A stretch of DNA of 64,000 nt from Acidobacteriota bacterium (lineage in GTDB: Bacteria; Acidobacteriota; Terriglobia; Bryobacterales; Bryobacteraceae). The notes below the pieces were generated by a model, which was not told the DNA's origin, did no database searches, and worked only from the letters and a program-made list of their open reading frames with translations. This document shows, piece by piece, positions 58,674 through 64,000 of the stretch (positions within the stretch are counted from its first letter, which is position 1; each line of letters begins with the position of its first letter). The DNA lies in contig JANXRE010000076.1 of the NCBI GenBank assembly GCA_025353165.1, positions 1,103 to 65,102 on the forward strand. The letters are read 5' to 3'. A program made the translations under genes and the position numbers.

Positions 58674-59900
58674 ATGGCGAACCCCGCGCACACTGGCGAT
58701 GAAATAACCCCCATGGAAACAGCTCCGCCGAAGAAACGGCGCAGCCTGGCATGGCTTTGGCTGCTCGTGCTGGCCGGCGCCGGGTACGGCGGCTACCGTA
58801 TTTACCAAAATTTACAGCAGACCAAGCAAAAGGCGGCAGCCACCCAGGCGCGCGCGATGGCGCCGCGAGCCGTGCCGGCCGCCGCTGTGCCATCCCGCTC
58901 GGGCGACATGCCTGTCTATCTGCGCGGACTCGGAACGGTGACGGCCTTCAACACCGTCGTCGTGAAAAGCCGCGTGGACGGGCAATTGATGGCCGTTCAC
59001 TACACCGAGGGCCAGTTTGTCAAAGCCGGAGACCTGCTAGCCGAAATCGATCCGAGGCCCTACCAAGTGCAACTGGAACAGGCCAAGGGCCAGCTCGCGC
59101 GGGACCAGGCTCAGTTGAACGATGCAAAGGTGAACCTCTCCAGGTACCAGGCATTGTGGGACGAGAAGGTCATCGCTAAACAACAACTGGATACTCAGAC
59201 CGCGATGGTAGGGCAGTTTGACGGCGCGATTGAGTCCGACAAGGCCACCATCGGCAACGCGCAGCTTCAGTTGACCTACGCAAAGATAACCGCGCCGATC
59301 ACGGGCCGTATCGGCCTGCGCCAGGTGGACGTCGGGAACATCGTCCACGCCAGCGATCAGAACGGACTCGCGACCATCGCCCAGATGCAGCCCATCACCG
59401 TTTTGTTCACCATCCCGGCCGATAATCTCCAGCCGGTTCTCAAAAAACTCCGCGCCGGCGTGAAGCTGCCGGTTTACGCCTACGACCGCGACGACGTGAA
59501 CAAGATCGCGACCGGCACTCTGCTCACCGTGGACAACACGATCGATCCGACCACCGGCACATCGCGATTGAAAGTGGAATTCGCCAATTCCGATTTTTCT
59601 CTCTTCCCAAACCAATTCGTGAACTGCCGCCTGCTTCTCGATGTGAAGCGCGGACTGACGCTCATCCCGTCCTCCGCGATCCAACGCGGCCCGCAGGGCA
59701 CCTTCGTCTTCGTCGCGGACAACGGCGTGGCACATATGCGTCCCGTCAATGCCTCGATCACCGAAGGCGGCGAAGCAGCCGTCGACAGCGTGAAGCCGGG
59801 CGAACTGGTCATCACCGACGGACAGGACAAGCTGCAGGAAAACGCCAAGGTGGACGTTCGCGCTCCGTCGGGGCGCGGCGGACCGAGGCGCCCGAAATGA
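58674..59900 (+). CDS. mdtA: RND efflux periplasmic adaptor subunit (MdtA/MuxA family)
   Basis: It has a membrane anchor, a lipoyl/hairpin pattern ([31 protein letters not shown]) and a beta-barrel domain. It heads two tandem RND pump genes. Confidence 0.85.
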   Translation: MANPAHTGDEITPMETAPPKKRRSLAWLWLLVLAGAGYGGYRIYQNLQQTKQKAAATQARAMAPRAVPAAAVPSRSGDMPVYLRGLGTVTAFNTVVVKSRVDGQLMAVHYTEGQFVKAGDLLAEIDPRPYQVQLEQAKGQLARDQAQLNDAKVNLSRYQALWDEKVIAKQQLDTQTAMVGQFDGAIESDKATIGNAQLQLTYAKITAPITGRIGLRQVDVGNIVHASDQNGLATIAQMQPITVLFTIPADNLQPVLKKLRAGVKLPVYAYDRDDVNKIATGTLLTVDNTIDPTTGTSRLKVEFANSDFSLFPNQFVNCRLLLDVKRGLTLIPSSAIQRGPQGTFVFVADNGVAHMRPVNASITEGGEAAVDSVKPGELVITDGQDKLQENAKVDVRAPSGRGGPRRPK

Positions 59901-62900
59901 GCCCGTCGCGACCGTTTATCCTTCGCCCGGTCGCGACGTCGCTCCTGATGGCAGCCATCCTCCTCGCGGGCTTCGTCGCATACAAGCAGTTACCGGTGTC
60001 GGCGCTGCCGCAGGTCGATTACCCGACCATCCAGGTCCTCACGTTCTATCCGGGAGCGAGCCCCACGGTGATGGCTTCCTCGGTCACCGCGCCGCTCGAA
60101 CGCCAGTTCGGACAAGTTCCCGGGCTGAAGCAGATGACCTCGACCAGTTCCTTCGGGGCCTCCATCGTCATTCTGCAATTCTCGCTGGACCTGAACATCG
60201 ACGTTGCCGAGCAGCAGGTGCAACAGGCGATCAACGCGGCGGGCACGTTCCTTCCACGAGATTTACCGAACCCGCCGGTGTATAGCAAGAGCAACCCGGC
60301 GGACGCTCCCATCCTGACGCTGGCACTCACGTCCGACAGCATCGCGCTGACCAAGGTGGAAGACTTCGCGGACACAACGCTGGCGCAGAAGATCTCGCAA
60401 CTGCCCGGCGTCGGGCTGGTGAGCATCAGCGGCGGACAGCGTCCCGCGGTGCGAATCCAGGCGAACCCGGCCGCGCTGGCGTCCTACGGGCTGAGCCTGG
60501 AAGACCTCCGCGTGGCCATGAGCACGGCCAATGTGAACCAGGCCAAGGGCAACATCGAAAGCAGCCGGCAAGCCTTCACCATTGGCACGAACGATCAGTT
60601 GATGTCCAGCGCCGACTACGCGCCCATCATCGTGGCCTATCGCAACGGCGCGCCGATCCGCGTGTCGGACGTCGCCACCGTGATCGATGGCGCCGAAAAC
60701 ACCCGGCTAGCCGCGTGGATGAACACGACCCCGGCCGTGATTCTGAACATACAGCGTCAACCCGGAGCCAACATCATCTCCGTCGTGGACCGCATCACGA
60801 CGCTTCTGCCGCAATTGCGCGCTTCCATGCCGGCGGCGGTGAAGGTGCAAGTACTGACGGATCGGACGACCACCATCCGGGCATCGGTGAAGGACGTACA
60901 GTTCACGCTGGTGCTGACCGTCGGGCTGGTCGTGATGGTGATGTTCCTGTTCCTGCGAAACCTCGCGGCGACCATCATTCCCAGCGTGGCGGTGCCGCTC
61001 TCGATTATCGGGACGTTCGGAATCATGTACCTGCTGGGGTACAGCCTGAACAACCTCTCGCTGATGGCGCTGACAATTTCCACCGGATTTGTCGTGGACG
61101 ACGCCATCGTGATGATCGAGAACATCGCGCGGTATATCGAGCAGGGAGAGACTCCGCTGCGCGCCGCGCTGATTGGGTCTGAGCAGATCGGGTTCACCAT
61201 CGTCTCGCTGACCGTGTCGCTCATCGCCGTGCTGATCCCGCTGCTGTTCATGGGCGACATCGTAGGGCGGCTGTTCCGCGAGTTCGCCGTCACCCTGGCG
61301 GTGACGATTCTCGTTTCGGCGGTCGTTTCGCTGACCCTCACGCCGATGATGTGCGCGCTGCTTCTGAAGCACCGCCCGGCATCGCAGCACGGCTGGTTTT
61401 ACCGGGCTTCCGAGCGCTTCTTCGAGGCCACCATCGCGCGCTACGGCAACTCGGTCCAGTGGGTATTGAAACACCAGACCATGACGCTGCTGGTGACCGT
61501 CGCCACGCTGGCGGGCACTCTGTACCTATACATCGTGGCTCCCAAGGGCTTCTTTCCCGTGCAGGACACGGGCCTCATTCTGGGAATCACGGAGTCCCAG
61601 CAGACAACCTCGTTTAGCGCGATGGCGCAGAGGCAGGAAGCCCTGGCGAAAGTGCTGCTCCAAGATCCCGATGTCGAGAGCCTGTCGTCCTTCATCGGGG
61701 TGGACGGGACCAACACCACGGTGAACACGGGCCGCATCCAGATCAATCTGAAGCCGCTGGATGAGCGCGGCGAAAGTTCCAGCGATATCATCCGCCGGCT
61801 GCAGCCGAAGACCGCGAACGTCGAAGGAATCACGCTGTACATGCAGCCGGTGCAGGATCTGACGGTGGAGGATCGCGTCGCGCGCACGCAATATCAGTAC
61901 AGCCTGGAGTGCGCCGACCCGAACGAACTGAATCTGTGGGCGCCCCGGCTGGTGCAAAAGCTGCAGGTCATTCCGGAGCTTCGGGACGTTGCCACCGATC
62001 AGCAGACCGGCGGATTGCAGGCCCTGCTGACGATCGATCGCGACACCGCCTCGCGCCTTGGCATCACTCCGCAAAACATCGACGATACGCTGTACGACGC
62101 CTTTGGCCAGCGGCAAGTCTCCACCATCTTCACGCAACTGAATCAGTATCACGTCGTGCTCGAAGTGGAACCGAAGTTCCAACGTAATCCGGACGCGCTG
62201 AAGGACATCTACGTCCGCTCGCTGAACGGAACTCAGGTGCCCCTGAGCACCTTTACTCACTTCGAGCCGCTCAGCACGCCCCTGGCGGTGAACCACCAGG
62301 GACAATTTCCGGTAATTACCATCTCGTTCAACCTGGCACCCGGCGCGGCATTGGGACATGCGGTCACCGCGATACGCCAGGCGGAGAGCGAAATCGGATT
62401 CCCCATCAGCATTCAGGCCAGCTTCCAAGGAACCGCGCAAGCCTTCCAGGCATCGCTTGCGAACGAGCCGCTGCTGATTCTGGCCGCCCTCATTACGGTG
62501 TACATCGTGCTCGGCGTTCTGTATGAGAGTTACATCCACCCGATTACGATCCTGTCGACGCTGCCCTCGGCCGGCGTCGGCGCAATCCTGGCCCTGGAGT
62601 TCACGCACACCGACCTCGGGGTCATCGCGCTGATCGGAATCATCCTGCTGATCGGCATCGTGAAGAAGAACGCAATCATGATGATCGACTTCGCTCTCGA
62701 CGCCGAGCGCAACCATGGCATGCCGGCCGTGGAGGCCATCTACCAGGCGTGCCTGCTGCGTTTCCGCCCCATCATGATGACGACCATGGCCGCCTTCTTC
62801 GGCGCGGTCCCGCTCGCGCTGGGAACGGGATCGGGATCGGAGCTGCGCCGCCCGCTGGGCATCACGATCATCGGCGGCCTGATCTTCAGCCAGGTACTGA

Positions 62901-62971
62901 CGCTGTACACCACGCCGGTGGTCTACCTGTTCTTCGACCGTCTGGGCCGGCGTTTCCGCGAGGGGTCATGA
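59897..62971 (+). CDS. mdtB: RND multidrug efflux permease (MdtB/MuxB family)
   Basis: The 1024-aa ORF starts [34 protein letters not shown]. It has 12-TM AcrB-type architecture. Confidence 0.9.
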   Translation: MSPSRPFILRPVATSLLMAAILLAGFVAYKQLPVSALPQVDYPTIQVLTFYPGASPTVMASSVTAPLERQFGQVPGLKQMTSTSSFGASIVILQFSLDLNIDVAEQQVQQAINAAGTFLPRDLPNPPVYSKSNPADAPILTLALTSDSIALTKVEDFADTTLAQKISQLPGVGLVSISGGQRPAVRIQANPAALASYGLSLEDLRVAMSTANVNQAKGNIESSRQAFTIGTNDQLMSSADYAPIIVAYRNGAPIRVSDVATVIDGAENTRLAAWMNTTPAVILNIQRQPGANIISVVDRITTLLPQLRASMPAAVKVQVLTDRTTTIRASVKDVQFTLVLTVGLVVMVMFLFLRNLAATIIPSVAVPLSIIGTFGIMYLLGYSLNNLSLMALTISTGFVVDDAIVMIENIARYIEQGETPLRAALIGSEQIGFTIVSLTVSLIAVLIPLLFMGDIVGRLFREFAVTLAVTILVSAVVSLTLTPMMCALLLKHRPASQHGWFYRASERFFEATIARYGNSVQWVLKHQTMTLLVTVATLAGTLYLYIVAPKGFFPVQDTGLILGITESQQTTSFSAMAQRQEALAKVLLQDPDVESLSSFIGVDGTNTTVNTGRIQINLKPLDERGESSSDIIRRLQPKTANVEGITLYMQPVQDLTVEDRVARTQYQYSLECADPNELNLWAPRLVQKLQVIPELRDVATDQQTGGLQALLTIDRDTASRLGITPQNIDDTLYDAFGQRQVSTIFTQLNQYHVVLEVEPKFQRNPDALKDIYVRSLNGTQVPLSTFTHFEPLSTPLAVNHQGQFPVITISFNLAPGAALGHAVTAIRQAESEIGFPISIQASFQGTAQAFQASLANEPLLILAALITVYIVLGVLYESYIHPITILSTLPSAGVGAILALEFTHTDLGVIALIGIILLIGIVKKNAIMMIDFALDAERNHGMPAVEAIYQACLLRFRPIMMTTMAAFFGAVPLALGTGSGSELRRPLGITIIGGLIFSQVLTLYTTPVVYLFFDRLGRRFREGS

Positions 62972-64000
62972 GTCTCTCGTCGCCGTTCATCCAACGGCCG
63001 GTGGCGACGTCGCTGCTGACCGCGGGCCTCGCGCTCGCGGGAGGGCTCGCCTATACGATGCTCCCGGTGTCGCCGCTGCCGCAGGTGGAATTCCCCACCA
63101 TCCAGGTGTCTGCCGGACTTCCCGGCGCGAGCCCGGAGACGATGGCCTCGACGGTGGCGACTCCGCTGGAGCGGCAGTTCGGCCGCATCGCCGGGATCAC
63201 CGAGATGACCTCGTCGAGCAGCTACGGCGGGACCAGCATCACGCTGCAATTCGATCTCAGCCGCAACATCGACGCCGCGGCGCGCGATGTGCAAGCGGCC
63301 ATCAATGCCGCGCGCGGCCAGTTGCCGGCCAACCTGCCCAGCAATCCGGGATACCGCAAAGTGAATCCCGCCGACGCGCCCATCATGATTCTGGCGCTCA
63401 CCTCGGACCGCTACGACGTGAGCCAGATGTACGATGCGGCGGACTCGATCCTCGCGCAGAAACTGGCGCAGGTGGAGGGCGTCGGTCAGGTGACGGTCGG
63501 CGGCGGCGCAAAGCCGGCGGTTCGCGTGCAACTGAATCCCAACCAGTTGAACAGCTACGGCATCGGCAGCGCGCAAGTACGGGGCGTGCTCGCCGCCGCC
63601 AACGCCAACCGGCCCAAGGGCGCCCTGGCCGGCAGCGAAGTGCTGTGGGAGATCGATACCACCGACCAGTTGCACAAAGCGTCGGAATACCGAAAGCTCA
63701 TCGTCGCCTACCGCAACGGCGCGGGAGTGCGCCTCGGCGATATCGCCACCGTCACGGACTCTGTCGAGGACCGGCGGAATGCCGGCTTGTCAAACGGGAA
63801 GGCCGCTGTCGCGGTAATTCTCTTCCGGCAGCCGGCCGCGAACATGATCCAGACGGTGGACCGCGTCATCGCCCTGCTGCCCGTTCTGAAGGCGTCGATC
63901 CCGGCGGCTATCGACATCGAGGTCGCCATGGACCGGACCACGACCATTCGCGCCTCGATACACGACGTGCAATTCACTCTGCTGATCTCCATCGCGCTGG
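62968..64000 (+). CDS. mdtC: RND multidrug efflux permease (MdtC/MuxC family), 3' end outside the window
   Basis: The ATGA overlap with mdtB is at 62968-62971. The translation starts [36 protein letters not shown], and the frame is open to the window end. Confidence 0.9.
   Translation, partial: MSLSSPFIQRPVATSLLTAGLALAGGLAYTMLPVSPLPQVEFPTIQVSAGLPGASPETMASTVATPLERQFGRIAGITEMTSSSSYGGTSITLQFDLSRNIDAAARDVQAAINAARGQLPANLPSNPGYRKVNPADAPIMILALTSDRYDVSQMYDAADSILAQKLAQVEGVGQVTVGGGAKPAVRVQLNPNQLNSYGIGSAQVRGVLAAANANRPKGALAGSEVLWEIDTTDQLHKASEYRKLIVAYRNGAGVRLGDIATVTDSVEDRRNAGLSNGKAAVAVILFRQPAANMIQTVDRVIALLPVLKASIPAAIDIEVAMDRTTTIRASIHDVQFTLLISIAL

Overview
The window is visibly GC-rich (not computed) and densely coding, and looks like a chromosomal segment. 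Gene content suggests an Acidobacteriota (Solibacter-like) genome: DUF1800/DUF1501 pair, carboxypeptidase-regulatory-like repeats, CxxCH-fused enzymes, TAT-signal Gfo/Idh/MocA plus TIM-barrel isomerase pairs. This placement is an inference only.

Most of the window is core housekeeping:
- Cell envelope and replication: anmK (partial), polA, lpxC, a CDP-alcohol phosphatidyltransferase, bamA with skp/ompH.
- Metabolism: glnA, lpdA-lipB-E2 acyltransferase, ku, gamma-glutamyltransferase, and a three-subunit molybdenum hydroxylase (2Fe-2S / Moco / FAD).
- Transport: an MsbA-like ABC exporter and an mdtABC-type RND efflux operon that runs off the right edge.

Many long ORFs in the supplied track are alternate-frame or antisense shadow ORFs typical of high-GC DNA. 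I did not call them.

Most interesting observations:
1. Two collinear minus-strand ORFs (5476-6054) are joined by an in-frame TGA. The joined product is a membrane-anchored thioredoxin-fold protein with a U-x-x-C motif and a SECIS-like hairpin just downstream. It sits directly downstream of a MerT-like CC-motif membrane protein, so it is a candidate selenoprotein.
2. An unrecognisable 703-aa protein built from a tandemly duplicated ~135-aa Cys-containing domain plus a third domain (25510-27621). It is followed by a DUF1360 membrane protein and an overlapping small ORF.
3. A seven-gene minus-strand operon with start/stop overlaps (35406 down to 28643): DUF169, SDR, GGT, quinone oxidoreductase, SYLF, YceH and a deoxyhypusine-synthase-like protein.
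4. A ~600-bp diverged direct repeat of the 5' end of a PP2C phosphatase gene. It brackets a TlpA-like gene and a decayed tyrosine-integrase remnant.
5. Several decayed toxin-antitoxin remnants (PIN_3, ParDE-like, AbiEii-like, RHH-like) and a frameshifted secreted protein.

I found no rRNA, tRNA or CRISPR array, and no intact mobile element.
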